From the NCBI GenBank assembly GCA_031372565.1, contig JANMLN010000166.1:1-53282 (forward strand): a stretch of DNA of 53,282 nucleotides. Reading direction: 5' to 3'. Shown piece after piece: positions 9,557 through 19,064 of this stretch (positions are counted from its first letter, which is position 1; the number at the start of each line of letters is the position of its first letter). Origin of the DNA: Gemmatimonadota bacterium. Its GTDB lineage: Bacteria > Gemmatimonadota > Gemmatimonadetes > Gemmatimonadales > Gemmatimonadaceae. A program made the translations under genes and the position numbers. Under the pieces are notes generated by a model that was given only the letters and a program-made list of their open reading frames with translations, did not search any database and had not been told where the DNA came from.

Positions 9557-11377
9557 TCAGGCCGCCGTCTCGCGGACCACCTGTTCGAGCGTGGTGATCC
9601 CCTTGATGACCTTGAGCCAGCCGTCCATGCGAAGGGTCAGCATCCCCTCGTCCACGGCAGCATCTCGAAGATCGGCAGCAGGAGTGTTCTGCATGATGAG
9701 CTTGCGAAGCGTCGGACTCATGAACATGACTTCGTACACCCCCTGACGGCCCTTCAGGCCGGTACCGCCGCAGGCGTCGCACCCCTTTCCCTTGAAAAAG
9801 GGGAGGTCCTTGAACTTCGAGTCGAGCGTCAGGTGTTCGAGGAACGGCTTCGACTCGGGGGTCGCGCGCGCCTTGGCGCCGTCGACCGCCTCCTGGCTGA
9901 ACTTGATGTCCCGGAGCGTCATCTCCGGCTTCACCTTGGCGGACCAGAGTTCGACGTCGTCCGGTGTGTACTTGAACTTGCAGCTGCCGCACACGCGGCG
10001 CAGCAGGCGCTGGGCCAGGATCAGGTTCACCGCGCTCGCGACGTTGAACGGCTCGAGCCCCATGTCCATCAGGCGCGTCACCGTCTCCGCGGCCGAGTTG
10101 GTGTGCAGCGTGCTCATCACCATGTGGCCGGTGAGCGCGGCCTTGATCGCGATACCGCCCGTTTCGAGGTCGCGGATCTCGCCGAGCATGATGATGTTCG
10201 GGTCCTGCCGGAGGAACGCCTTGAGCGCCGCCGCGAAGGTCATGCCGATTTCCGTCCGCACGAGCACCTGGTTGATCCCGTAGAGGTTGTACTCCACCGG
10301 ATCCTCCGCGGTCATGATGTTCGTGTCGATGGTGTTCACCTTCGACAGTGCGGAGTAAAGCGTCGTGGTCTTGCCCGAGCCGGTCGGGCCCGTCACGAGC
10401 ACCATGCCGTACGGGTTGGACACGGCTTCCATCAGCTCGCGCTCGGCGCGCGGCTCGATGCCGAACTTCTCGAGGTCGAGCGTCAGGTTGCCCTTGTCGA
10501 GAATCCGGAGCACGACCTTCTCGCCGAACAGGGTGGGCAGCGTCGACACGCGATAGTCGATGACCTTGTTCCCCATCTTGAGCTTGATGCGCCCGTCCTG
10601 CGGGACGCGCCGCTCGGCGATGTTCAGCTGCGCCATGATCTTGAAGCGCGAGATGAGCGCGGCGCGCATCTTGATCGGCGGCGTCATGAATTCGCTGAGC
10701 GCCCCGTCGATCCGGTAGCGGACGCGCAGCTCGGGCTCGAAGCACTCGTAGTGGATGTCCGACGCGCCGCGCTTGACCGCCTCCGTGAGGATGGCGTTGA
10801 TCAACTTCACGACGGGCGCGTCGTCCACGGCCGCGTTGAGCGCCGCGGCGGAAATCTCCTCTTCCTTCTCCTCGACGACCTCGACGTCCCCCGCGTCCTC
10901 GATCTCCTGGAGGATGTTGGACATCTGGAGGTCGGTCGACTCGTAGTGCTTCTCGATCGCCGCGCGCAACGTGAACTCGCCGGCAATGACCGGGAAGATG
11001 TCGTAGCGCGTGATGAACTTGAGGTCCTCGATGACCCCGAGGTTGGTCGGGTCCGCCATCGCGACCGTCAAGGTGCGACCGTCGCGCTTGAGCGGGAGGA
11101 CGAAGTGCTTGGTCGCGAGATCGGCAGGGATCAGCTTCGCGATCTTGGGGTCCACCTCGAACTTCGCGAGGTCGACGGCCGGCATCTTGTACTGCCGAGC
11201 GAGCGCCTTGGTCAGCTCGGTTTCCTTGATGAACCCGGCCTTGACGAGGTTGTAGCCCACGCGGGTCCCGTTCGCGCGCTGCTCCTGGAGGGCCTTCTCC
11301 AGTTGTTCCTTGGTAATCAGTCCCTCCCGGATCAGGAGGTCGCCCAGTCGTTCCGTCGTCGCAGCGGGAGCAGCCAT
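9557..11377 (-). CDS. pilB: type IV pilus assembly ATPase with MshEN N-terminus
   Basis: RLGDLL..GLI..QL..AL..Q, ERRVPQDGR, GPTGSGKTT, LRQDP, CxxC...CxxC; start set at ATG 11377. Confidence 0.95.
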   Translation of the reverse strand: MAAPAATTERLGDLLIREGLITKEQLEKALQEQRANGTRVGYNLVKAGFIKETELTKALARQYKMPAVDLAKFEVDPKIAKLIPADLATKHFVLPLKRDGRTLTVAMADPTNLGVIEDLKFITRYDIFPVIAGEFTLRAAIEKHYESTDLQMSNILQEIEDAGDVEVVEEKEEEISAAALNAAVDDAPVVKLINAILTEAVKRGASDIHYECFEPELRVRYRIDGALSEFMTPPIKMRAALISRFKIMAQLNIAERRVPQDGRIKLKMGNKVIDYRVSTLPTLFGEKVVLRILDKGNLTLDLEKFGIEPRAERELMEAVSNPYGMVLVTGPTGSGKTTTLYSALSKVNTIDTNIMTAEDPVEYNLYGINQVLVRTEIGMTFAAALKAFLRQDPNIIMLGEIRDLETGGIAIKAALTGHMVMSTLHTNSAAETVTRLMDMGLEPFNVASAVNLILAQRLLRRVCGSCKFKYTPDDVELWSAKVKPEMTLRDIKFSQEAVDGAKARATPESKPFLEHLTLDSKFKDLPFFKGKGCDACGGTGLKGRQGVYEVMFMSPTLRKLIMQNTPAADLRDAAVDEGMLTLRMDGWLKVIKGITTLEQVVRETAA

Positions 11378-11518
11378 GGCCAGTCGAGGGAGGTCCACGC
11401 GCGCCCCCGGGCGGCAGGCGGCCGTCGCAGGGGGTATCCGACTTAAGCTCCCCGGGGGAGAAGGGGCTGTCAAGCGCGCGAGAGGCAGACGTTCGAGTGT
11501 GCCGCGCGTCACGCGCCG

Positions 11519-12034
11519 CTACGTCGGCGCCACGCCAGCGAACGTCACGCAGTCGGCGAGCTTGCGCGCCAGCGCGGGTCCGACCCCGCGCACACGCCTC
11601 AATCCCGTCATCGAGCCGAACGGACCGCGCGCCACCCGGTCCTCCACGATGCGCTTCGCGAGTGCCGGTCCGATCCCTGGCAACGCCTCAAGTTCGGTCG
11701 CGCTCGCGCGCTCCAGGTCGACCGGCTTGGCGACCGGCCGCCGTTCAGCTGTGCTGGCCAGCGGTGCCCCCGGCATCGCCCCGACCGGCCGTGACTCGCC
11801 TGCCTGTCGGCGCTGCCCGTCCGCGGCCGCACGGCCCGCGAGCGCGCGATTCCGATGCCCCTGACGGAACCGTGCCGAGTCGACGGCCGCGAGTTGGCGC
11901 TCCAGCGGGGGCTGCTCGACCGCGGCGAGCGGTGAGCGCTCCACTTTGCGGGCTTGGGCGGCCTGCACCCCCGCCCCGAGGGTGACGAGGGCGGTCAGCG
12001 CCCCAAGTGCTCGTCGTTCTGCAGGAGTTCCCAT
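11519..12034 (-). CDS. comEA: ComEA-like helix-hairpin-helix DNA-binding protein
   Basis: N-terminal TM; ELEALPGIGPALAKRIVEDR...GPF...RVRGVGP. Confidence 0.85.
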   Translation of the reverse strand: MGTPAERRALGALTALVTLGAGVQAAQARKVERSPLAAVEQPPLERQLAAVDSARFRQGHRNRALAGRAAADGQRRQAGESRPVGAMPGAPLASTAERRPVAKPVDLERASATELEALPGIGPALAKRIVEDRVARGPFGSMTGLRRVRGVGPALARKLADCVTFAGVAPT

Positions 12035-12142
12035 GGCGGAAGAGTCGCCATGGGGCCGCGCACAGTGGTAACCGGATTCACGCAGGGGGGGCCGCCGTCT
12101 TGCGAGGAGGCCCCAGCTCCCGCACGCGCCAGGTGGTGACTG

Positions 12143-13060
12143 CTAGCGCAGCATCGCGAGCGCCACCTGTCCCACGATGGTCAAGCTCGACGTCGACACC
12201 TTGTCGACCGTGTCGTCGGTCGTGTGGTGATACGGATAGTCGAGGTCGATGACGTCGATCACATGCAGCCCCTTCTTGAGCAGCGGAATGTGGTCGTCCG
12301 TGACCGTGTACTTGGTCCCGGGGACGAACTGACGCTCATATCCGAGCTCCTTGGCTTTCGCCCAGACCCGGCCCACCACGTCGGGCGCCTGCTGCATCGA
12401 GTTGCCTTCCTGAAATATCTGCAGATCGCCGTCGCCGATCATGTCGAACAGGATGCCGAAGAGCGGCGCGTAGCCGGGATCGGGCAGATGCTCGGCGAAG
12501 TAGCGCGAGCCGAGGAGCACGTCGGCATCTGCCTTGAAGTCGCCGTAGTCCTCGCCGTCGACAAACAGCAGGTCCACGCCGTAGGGGGACGGTTGCAGCT
12601 TGAGCGCCTCGGCCACGCCGATGAGCAGCGCCACGCCACTGGCCCCGTCGTTGGCGCCCGGCGTCGGGAGCCGCCGCTTGGCGCTGTCGGCGGACTCTTC
12701 GGCCGTGGGACGGGAATCCCAGTGCGTCAGGTAGAGCACGCGTTGTGCCGTGGCGGGCTTGAAACGCGCCAGGATGTTGCGCATGCGCAGCGTGTCGCCC
12801 GCGACGGTGACGTGCGTGAAGGACTGCACGATGACCGTGTCCGCCAACGGCGTGAGCTGGGCAATGATCCAGTCACCCGCCTGCACGTGGGCGGGGGTGT
12901 TTGGCACACGGGCGCCCATATCGACCTGCGTCTTGACCCGCTCGAGGGCTTTCGCGCCGTCGAATGCGGGGGCGGCCTCGGCGCTGGGGCGGTCGCAGGA
13001 GGCGAGACTCACGAGCGCCACGAGGGCCGGGAGGAGGACGGAAGGGCGCGCGACAGGCAC
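12143..13060 (-). CDS. M28 family lipoprotein, glutaminyl-cyclase-like (start uncertain; ORF open to 13153)
   Basis: Lipobox LASC; HWDSRP, GANDGASG, DGEDYG, FDMIG, DDH, HHTTDD. Confidence 0.82.
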   Translation of the reverse strand: MPVARPSVLLPALVALVSLASCDRPSAEAAPAFDGAKALERVKTQVDMGARVPNTPAHVQAGDWIIAQLTPLADTVIVQSFTHVTVAGDTLRMRNILARFKPATAQRVLYLTHWDSRPTAEESADSAKRRLPTPGANDGASGVALLIGVAEALKLQPSPYGVDLLFVDGEDYGDFKADADVLLGSRYFAEHLPDPGYAPLFGILFDMIGDGDLQIFQEGNSMQQAPDVVGRVWAKAKELGYERQFVPGTKYTVTDDHIPLLKKGLHVIDVIDLDYPYHHTTDDTVDKVSTSSLTIVGQVALAMLR

Positions 13061-13182
13061 GAGAGGGGGGAAACGGGGTACCGATCGGGTCACGCCGCCA
13101 TCCGGCGCGCGCGCCACCAAGGCAAACTCGCTGGACACTTGGCCTTGAATCAACCCCTCGCAGAGCGCGAAGTTTCGGGTTC

Positions 13183-14790
13183 GTGAGCATTCTGAATCGG
13201 TACGTCCTCAAGGAGCATCTGGGGCCCCTCACATTTGCGGGGTCGGCCCTCACGTCGTTGATGCTCCTGAACTACATCGCGAAGGAGTTCGCGAAGCTGG
13301 CCGGCAAGGGGTTGGGCTGGGGTGTCATCGGCGAGTTCTTCCTGCTGGCGATTCCCTTCACCGTCGCGATGACGCTTCCCATGGCCGTGCTGGTCGCGAC
13401 ACTATACGCGTTCGGGCGCCTCGCGGCCGAGAACGAGATCACCGCGCTTCGCACGAGCGGCGTCGGCATCCGCGACCTGCTCGGTCCCGTGATGATCGGC
13501 GGGCTGGTGCTCTCGCTCGTCATGGTGGGCTTCAACGACCAGATCCTGCCGCGCGCCAATCATCGGCTGCGCAACCTGCAGGAAGACATCGCCCAGAAGA
13601 AGCCGACCTTTGCGCTGCGACCTCAGGTCATCAACGCGATCCAGGAGGGTCGGCTGTACCTGCGCGCGGGCCGTGTGGAGGCGTCGTCCAACCGGCTGCA
13701 CGAGGTGGCGATCTTCGACCTGGGCGATCCGTCGAAGCGGCGCACCATCTATGCAGATTCCGGCGATCTCGCGCTCACCAACGACGGTGCCGACTTGCGG
13801 CTCACCTTGTTCCATGGCTACATGCAGGAGGTCTCGCGCTCGACGCCGGGCGACCTGCAGCGACTGTTCTACGCGACGAACGTGATTCGCGTGCGCGGCG
13901 TCGGGAACCAGCTCAAGCGGAACGAGAACGACTACCGTGGCGACCGCGAGATGTCGGTGTGCGAGATGGGCGCTCAGGTGTCCACGCTCCGGCGCGAGCG
14001 TGCGCTCGTGTCGCGCGAGTTCACGGAGTCGCTCGTGAACCAGGCCCGCATCCTCTCCACGGGGCGCACGCGCCAGATCGCGAACGATCCGATGGACGTC
14101 CGGGAGGCGCCCTCCATCGACCGGATCTACTGCGGCCTGGTGGCATGGGCCGGATCGATGCTGCCGGGGGCGACGCCCCCTGCCGTGCCGGGGGGACCGC
14201 CGCCGCTCATTGCAGGCCAGGTCGACCCGAACCGCGTGTCCTCGCCTCCGGTGGAGGTTGCGCCGCGCCCCGGCGACAGCCCGGCCCAGCGGACGCCGCC
14301 GTTCCGGATGGAGCAGGTCGTCGTCGACATGGGGTCCACGCTGGCCGCGACCACCAACACCGCCGACGTCGCGCGCATTCGCCTGCTGACGGCCGAACAG
14401 GGGATCGACTCGCTGAGCGTGGAGATCCACAAGAAGTTTGCGCTCTCGTTCGCCTGCTTCGTGTTCGTGCTCTTTGGCGCCCCCATCGCCTTGCGCTTTC
14501 CGCGGGGCGGCGTCGGCCTGACGCTCGGCGTGTCGCTCTTCGTCTTTGCCCTGTACTACGTCGGATTGATTGCCGGAGAAGCGCTGGCCGACCGCGACCT
14601 GCTGCCGCCGTGGTTGGCCATGTGGGCGACCAACCTGATCTTCCTCACGATCGGCCTCCTGCTGCTGCGGACGGTCGGCAACGAGGGGGTGTCGTCGCGC
14701 GGCGGCGAGATGGCCGAGCGACTGGGCGAGTGGCGCGAGCGACTGGGCGCACTGGTCCGGCGCCGACCCCGTGCCGCGGCGGGCGCCTGA
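13183..14790 (+). CDS. lptF: LptF/LptG family permease (LptF-like)
   Basis: ILNRYVLKE, GRLAAENEITALRTSG, VEIHKKFALSFAC, AMWATNLIF. Confidence 0.85.
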   Translation: MSILNRYVLKEHLGPLTFAGSALTSLMLLNYIAKEFAKLAGKGLGWGVIGEFFLLAIPFTVAMTLPMAVLVATLYAFGRLAAENEITALRTSGVGIRDLLGPVMIGGLVLSLVMVGFNDQILPRANHRLRNLQEDIAQKKPTFALRPQVINAIQEGRLYLRAGRVEASSNRLHEVAIFDLGDPSKRRTIYADSGDLALTNDGADLRLTLFHGYMQEVSRSTPGDLQRLFYATNVIRVRGVGNQLKRNENDYRGDREMSVCEMGAQVSTLRRERALVSREFTESLVNQARILSTGRTRQIANDPMDVREAPSIDRIYCGLVAWAGSMLPGATPPAVPGGPPPLIAGQVDPNRVSSPPVEVAPRPGDSPAQRTPPFRMEQVVVDMGSTLAATTNTADVARIRLLTAEQGIDSLSVEIHKKFALSFACFVFVLFGAPIALRFPRGGVGLTLGVSLFVFALYYVGLIAGEALADRDLLPPWLAMWATNLIFLTIGLLLLRTVGNEGVSSRGGEMAERLGEWRERLGALVRRRPRAAAGA

Positions 14791-15875
14791 TGTCCCTCGT
14801 TCACCCTCTCGACCGATACGTGTTTCGCGAGTGGATCAAGATCTTCCTCTCGACCGCCTTCGGTTTTCCGGTCCTGCTCATCGTCATCGACCTGACGGAC
14901 CACCTCGACGGCTACCTCGGACGGAACCTGCCAAAGGTCGACATCGCGCTGTCGTACCTGTACTGGATTCCGGATTCGATGTTCAACGTGATGCCGGCCG
15001 CCGTGCTGTTTGCGACCGTCTTCTCGATCGGCGCCTTCACGCGCCACTCGGAGATCACGGCGGCCAAGGCGAGCGGCATCTCGTTCTATCGCCTGATGGC
15101 TCCCGTGCTGGTCGGGGCCGTGGGCGCCATGCTGTTGGCCCTGCTGGTCGGTGACGTGGCGCCGCTGGCCAACGCCCGCCGATTCGAGCTGTTGCAGGAG
15201 TCGAAGTTCCGCGCCGGGCGCAACGAGCGATCCAACTTCGCGTTCGCGGCGGAAGAGGGACGCGTGTACAAGGTGTCATTGCTGAACGCGCTGGAAGGAC
15301 GGCTCGACGGCCTCGAGGTGGAGCGCAAGGGAACGGGACCGGAGTATCCCACCTACGTCTTGACGGCGCAGACGGGGGACTATCGGGAAGGGCGAGGGTG
15401 GATGCTGCGGGCAGCGCGCATTCACCTGATCACCGGCCCGGGCGCCGATATCGCCTTTGCCGCCGATTCTGCGCTCGATCGCGACCTGCGGGAACGTCCG
15501 GCCGACCTGCTCGCCACGCCACGATCGCCCGAGGAGATGCGGTACGCAGAACTCGGCCGGTTCATCCGGTCGCTCGACCGCTCGGGTGGCGATGCGAGTG
15601 ATCTGCGCGTCGCGCGCGAACTCAAGCTGGCGATTCCCGTCACGTGCATCATCATCGCACTCTTCGGTGCGCCACTGGCGACGAGCACGCAGCGTGGTGG
15701 TGCGGCGTACGGTATCGGCATCTCACTCGCGACCACGATTCTCTTTCTGGTGCTGATCCAGATGACCCGGTCTGTGGGCGGCAAGGCGTTCGGCAGTCCC
15801 GAGTTCGCCGCCTGGATTCCCAATATCCTGTTCGCGAGTGCGGGACTGCTCCTGTTTCGCCGGGTGAGGACGTGA
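14790..15875 (+). CDS. lptG: LptF/LptG family permease (LptG-like)
   Basis: LDRYVFRE, RHSEITAAKASGIS, AAWIPNILF; TGATG overlap with lptF. Confidence 0.85.
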   Translation: MSLVHPLDRYVFREWIKIFLSTAFGFPVLLIVIDLTDHLDGYLGRNLPKVDIALSYLYWIPDSMFNVMPAAVLFATVFSIGAFTRHSEITAAKASGISFYRLMAPVLVGAVGAMLLALLVGDVAPLANARRFELLQESKFRAGRNERSNFAFAAEEGRVYKVSLLNALEGRLDGLEVERKGTGPEYPTYVLTAQTGDYREGRGWMLRAARIHLITGPGADIAFAADSALDRDLRERPADLLATPRSPEEMRYAELGRFIRSLDRSGGDASDLRVARELKLAIPVTCIIIALFGAPLATSTQRGGAAYGIGISLATTILFLVLIQMTRSVGGKAFGSPEFAAWIPNILFASAGLLLFRRVRT

Positions 15876-16726
15876 GCGGCGACCGACCGGACGCGAGCGC
15901 GCACGGCGACACGAGCCAGATGGCCGTGGTCAGCCGCGCGGCGGTCGGCTTCTTCCGGCCCTACGCGAAGATCACGTACGGGTTCTTTTCCGGAATCGGC
16001 AAGCGGTCCTACTTCATGCGCGACACGTTGCGCGCGGTGGGCGAGGGGCGCACGTGGGGCCCCGAAGCGTTCAAGCACATGCGCTCGATCGGCGTGGACT
16101 CCGTGCCCTTGGTCTGCCTCGTGGCCGCCTTCATCGGGTCGGTCATCGCCCTGCAGACGCGGTATCAGCTGTTTCCGGGCATCCAGCTCTCGGTCGTCGG
16201 CTTCATTTCGCGCCAGATGATCACGCTGGAAATGGCGCCGCTCATCACGGCGCTCGTGCTGGCGGGCCGTGTGGGGGCGCGTATCACGGCAGAGATCGGC
16301 ACCATGCGCGTGACCGAGCAGATCGATGCGCTCGAGACGCTGGCCTTCGACCCGATCGCGTACCTCGTGGTGCCGCGGGTCGTGGCCGGGTTGCTGATGC
16401 TGCCCATGCTGTCGATCCTCGCCAATGCCATCGGCCTGGTATCCGCCTGGATCACGGCGAGCTTGGCGACCGACGTGACCTCGGACCAGTTCCGGGAGGG
16501 TCTCCGCCTCGGCTTCACCTATTTTCAGGTAGTTTACAGCGTGCTGAAGGCCTTTCTCTTCGGCGGCGCCATTGCGTTCCTGTGCGCCTACGAGGGGTAC
16601 GTGACCGACGCAGGTGCCGAGGGGGTGGGACGTGCCACCGCCAAGGCAGTCGTGATCGGCTGCGTGGCCGTGCTGATCCTCGACGCCCTCACTGCCGTCC
16701 TCCTCGCGCCGTACCTCCAGTCATGA
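15872..16726 (+). CDS. mlaE: MlaE/YrbE ABC permease
   Basis: IGVDSVP, EMAPLITALVLAGRVGARITAEIGTMRVTEQIDAL, GAEGVGRAT. Confidence 0.92.
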   Translation: MSGDRPDASAHGDTSQMAVVSRAAVGFFRPYAKITYGFFSGIGKRSYFMRDTLRAVGEGRTWGPEAFKHMRSIGVDSVPLVCLVAAFIGSVIALQTRYQLFPGIQLSVVGFISRQMITLEMAPLITALVLAGRVGARITAEIGTMRVTEQIDALETLAFDPIAYLVVPRVVAGLLMLPMLSILANAIGLVSAWITASLATDVTSDQFREGLRLGFTYFQVVYSVLKAFLFGGAIAFLCAYEGYVTDAGAEGVGRATAKAVVIGCVAVLILDALTAVLLAPYLQS

Positions 16727-17601
16727 AGCGTCGCAACGAAGTGCTCGTCGGATTGCTGACCGTGATCGCGCTCGTCGTCGTGGTGGCGGGATCGATCTGG
16801 ATTGCACGCGGCGGGCTGACCAGTGGATACCGGCTCTACGTGAAGTTTCCGTGGAGCGCCGGGCTCAAGCTTGGACAGCCGGTCCTGTTGGGCGGCGTGT
16901 CGGTGGGTTTCGTGGAAGACGTGAAGCTGCGCGACGATGGGATCGTCGTGACGACGATCAACATCACCACCAATACGCCGATTCCACGGACGGTGGTCGC
17001 CGTGGTCGAGCCGAACGGCGTGTTCGGGGACAAGCAGGTCGCTCTGCGCGGCACGCCCAGCAAGGACGCGTGGCAGAAGAGCGACACGATCCCCGCGGGG
17101 ATCGAAGCGGCGGGCATAGACGCGCTCGTGGCCCGCATGGACACCGCCAGCGGCCGCCTCGCGGACGTCGTCAAGACGGTGAAGCTGAAGATGGTCGACG
17201 AGGGCGGGATCGAAGATCTGCGCAAGACGCTCGAGCGGATGAACGGGCTGGCCGGGACCCTCGGCCGTGTGGTCGAGGAGCAGAGCAGCAACCTGACGGC
17301 CACGATGGTGGCCGTGCGCAAGGGCGCGAGCGCGCTGGACTCGACGATGATCGACTCGACCGTGCGCAATCTGCGCGCGACGACCGCCACGGTGGCCAAA
17401 CTGACCGAAGACCTGCGCGGCACGACGGCGCGGGTGGACGCCCTGCTGGCCAAGGCGGACACGGGCAAGGGGACGCTCGGGATGCTGATGAACGATCCGG
17501 GCCTCTACAACGACCTGCGTCGCCTGTCGTCGCGGCTCGATACGCTGACCGCCGACTTCAAGGCGAACCCGCGCAAGTACATCAAGTTCTCGGTGTTTTA
17601 G
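16723..17601 (+). CDS. mlaD: MlaD/MCE domain protein with helical extension
   Basis: N-terminal TM; GLKLGQPVLLGGVSVGFV; GKGTLGMLMNDPGLY...NPRKYIKFSVF. Confidence 0.88.
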   Translation: MKRRNEVLVGLLTVIALVVVVAGSIWIARGGLTSGYRLYVKFPWSAGLKLGQPVLLGGVSVGFVEDVKLRDDGIVVTTINITTNTPIPRTVVAVVEPNGVFGDKQVALRGTPSKDAWQKSDTIPAGIEAAGIDALVARMDTASGRLADVVKTVKLKMVDEGGIEDLRKTLERMNGLAGTLGRVVEEQSSNLTATMVAVRKGASALDSTMIDSTVRNLRATTATVAKLTEDLRGTTARVDALLAKADTGKGTLGMLMNDPGLYNDLRRLSSRLDTLTADFKANPRKYIKFSVF

Positions 17602-17625
17602 GGCGCGAGGGGGAGCGACGGGGAG

Positions 17626-17660
17626 CGAGAAGCAGGTCCTTCGCTGCGCTCAGGACGACA
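17626..17660 (-). repeat. REP-like palindromic repeat, copy 1
   Basis: cgagaagcaggtccttcgctgcgctcaggacgaca; exact reverse complement of 39108-39142. Confidence 0.85.
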
Positions 17661-17693
17661 AACGGGCCACGAACATCATGTTCGTGGCCCGTT
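17661..17693. terminator. hairpin between convergent genes
   Basis: aacgggccacgaacat-c-atgttcgtggcccgtt perfect 16-bp inverted repeat. Confidence 0.75.
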
Positions 17694-17717
17694 GACTGTC
17701 AGTGACTGAATCGTTCG

Positions 17718-19046
17718 TTACGGCCTGAGCGGGATCAGCGGTCCGGCGAACGTGCCCACGGCTGGCGCCGTGGCCACGAAGCGGTCGGCGGACGTGGTGA
17801 GCGTCACCAGGGTCTGGGGCGACAGCGTCGGCCGTGCACCGTTGATACGGCTGCGGTTGAGGTCGATCCAGATGCGGTATCGCCCGCTCCGCAGCGAGCT
17901 GAAGGTGAAGGTGGGCAGCGCCACGGCCGTTCCAACGACCGCGCCGGTTCCCGTGGGCACGAGCGTTGCGGTCGTGACGACGCGTGACGAGGCCGCAGCG
18001 GTCGCGTCGTTGCGGAGTTGCACCACCACCGTGTCGCCGAAGCGGAGCCGCTCATCACGCCGCTTGAGCGAGGAAAAGGGCACGCCCGAAATCGTGCTAT
18101 CGACCGTGATCGAGTCCACGCGCGTCGAATCGTACGTGCCACTGTTGTCCAGGTCGACGAAGAAGCGTCCGGCGATCTGGCTCGGGAGGCTGAACGTGAC
18201 GGTCTGCGCCACGCTCTGGTTGGTTGCCGTCCCGGGCGTGGTGCCGGTCTGGGTGAAGCGTGAGGCCGTGTTCAAGCGGCCCGTGTCCGCGGCCACGAAA
18301 CCACCCGACGCAATGAACAGCGGCGCGTCGGGAATCGGCGTCGAGAGGCCCGCCGTGGCCGGGTTGAAGGTCATGCGGAACCGCGTCGTGATGCTGGCGG
18401 AGCCGGCCACCGGATTGACCGCCTGCGCGAAGGTCACCGCTCCGGTCGCGTCGGTGGGCAGCGATTGCACATCGGCAAACACGTTGTTCCCCGGCAGCGT
18501 CTCGCGCTGCAAGGTCACGAGCGTTCCGCCGAAGCGCACGGTGTTGGCCCGCGTGGTGTCGAACCAGCTGGCGAGCAGCGTACCGGCAATCGAGGCGCCG
18601 AGACGCACGCGCAGGATGCTCGTCGTGTCGGTCTGGCCTGCGGCGATCGTGAGCCGGATCGAGTCCCCCGTCTGCGCGCTGAGCGACGACGTGGATGACG
18701 CGGTGGAGAAAGTGCGCAACGACGGACGCACGACGTAGATGCCCGGCAGGAGTCCGAAAAAGCGGACCTGACCGCGGTTGGCCGCCGGTGCCGTGGTACC
18801 GGGGGTGGTGAGCGACGCGATCAGCGTCGTGTCGCCCGCGCGAAACAGGTTGAGGCGTGTGCCGCCGGCGGCATCGTTGATGAAAACCGGCGTCGTGGTG
18901 CGCGAGGTGTCGGTCTGGACGCGGACGACGATGTTGCCCGTCGTCGTCGGATCCAGCTGCAGCGCCGGTCCTGCCGGATCGCTGTCGCAGGCGGTCAGGA
19001 TCGCGGCACCCGCGAGCACCGCGACCGAAAGCTTAGAGGAGCGCAT
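17718..19046 (-). CDS. Thr-rich beta-sandwich lipoprotein (SdrD-B/Cna-B-like repeats), partner of TonB-dependent receptor
   Basis: Lipobox ILTAC; IAGRFFVDLDNSGTYD Ca-loop-like motif; F.GLLPG.Y and FSSLRSGRY motifs. Confidence 0.65.
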   Translation of the reverse strand: MRSSKLSVAVLAGAAILTACDSDPAGPALQLDPTTTGNIVVRVQTDTSRTTTPVFINDAAGGTRLNLFRAGDTTLIASLTTPGTTAPAANRGQVRFFGLLPGIYVVRPSLRTFSTASSTSSLSAQTGDSIRLTIAAGQTDTTSILRVRLGASIAGTLLASWFDTTRANTVRFGGTLVTLQRETLPGNNVFADVQSLPTDATGAVTFAQAVNPVAGSASITTRFRMTFNPATAGLSTPIPDAPLFIASGGFVAADTGRLNTASRFTQTGTTPGTATNQSVAQTVTFSLPSQIAGRFFVDLDNSGTYDSTRVDSITVDSTISGVPFSSLKRRDERLRFGDTVVVQLRNDATAAASSRVVTTATLVPTGTGAVVGTAVALPTFTFSSLRSGRYRIWIDLNRSRINGARPTLSPQTLVTLTTSADRFVATAPAVGTFAGPLIPLRP

Positions 19047-19064
19047 GGTCGAGTTCTCGTGTGA

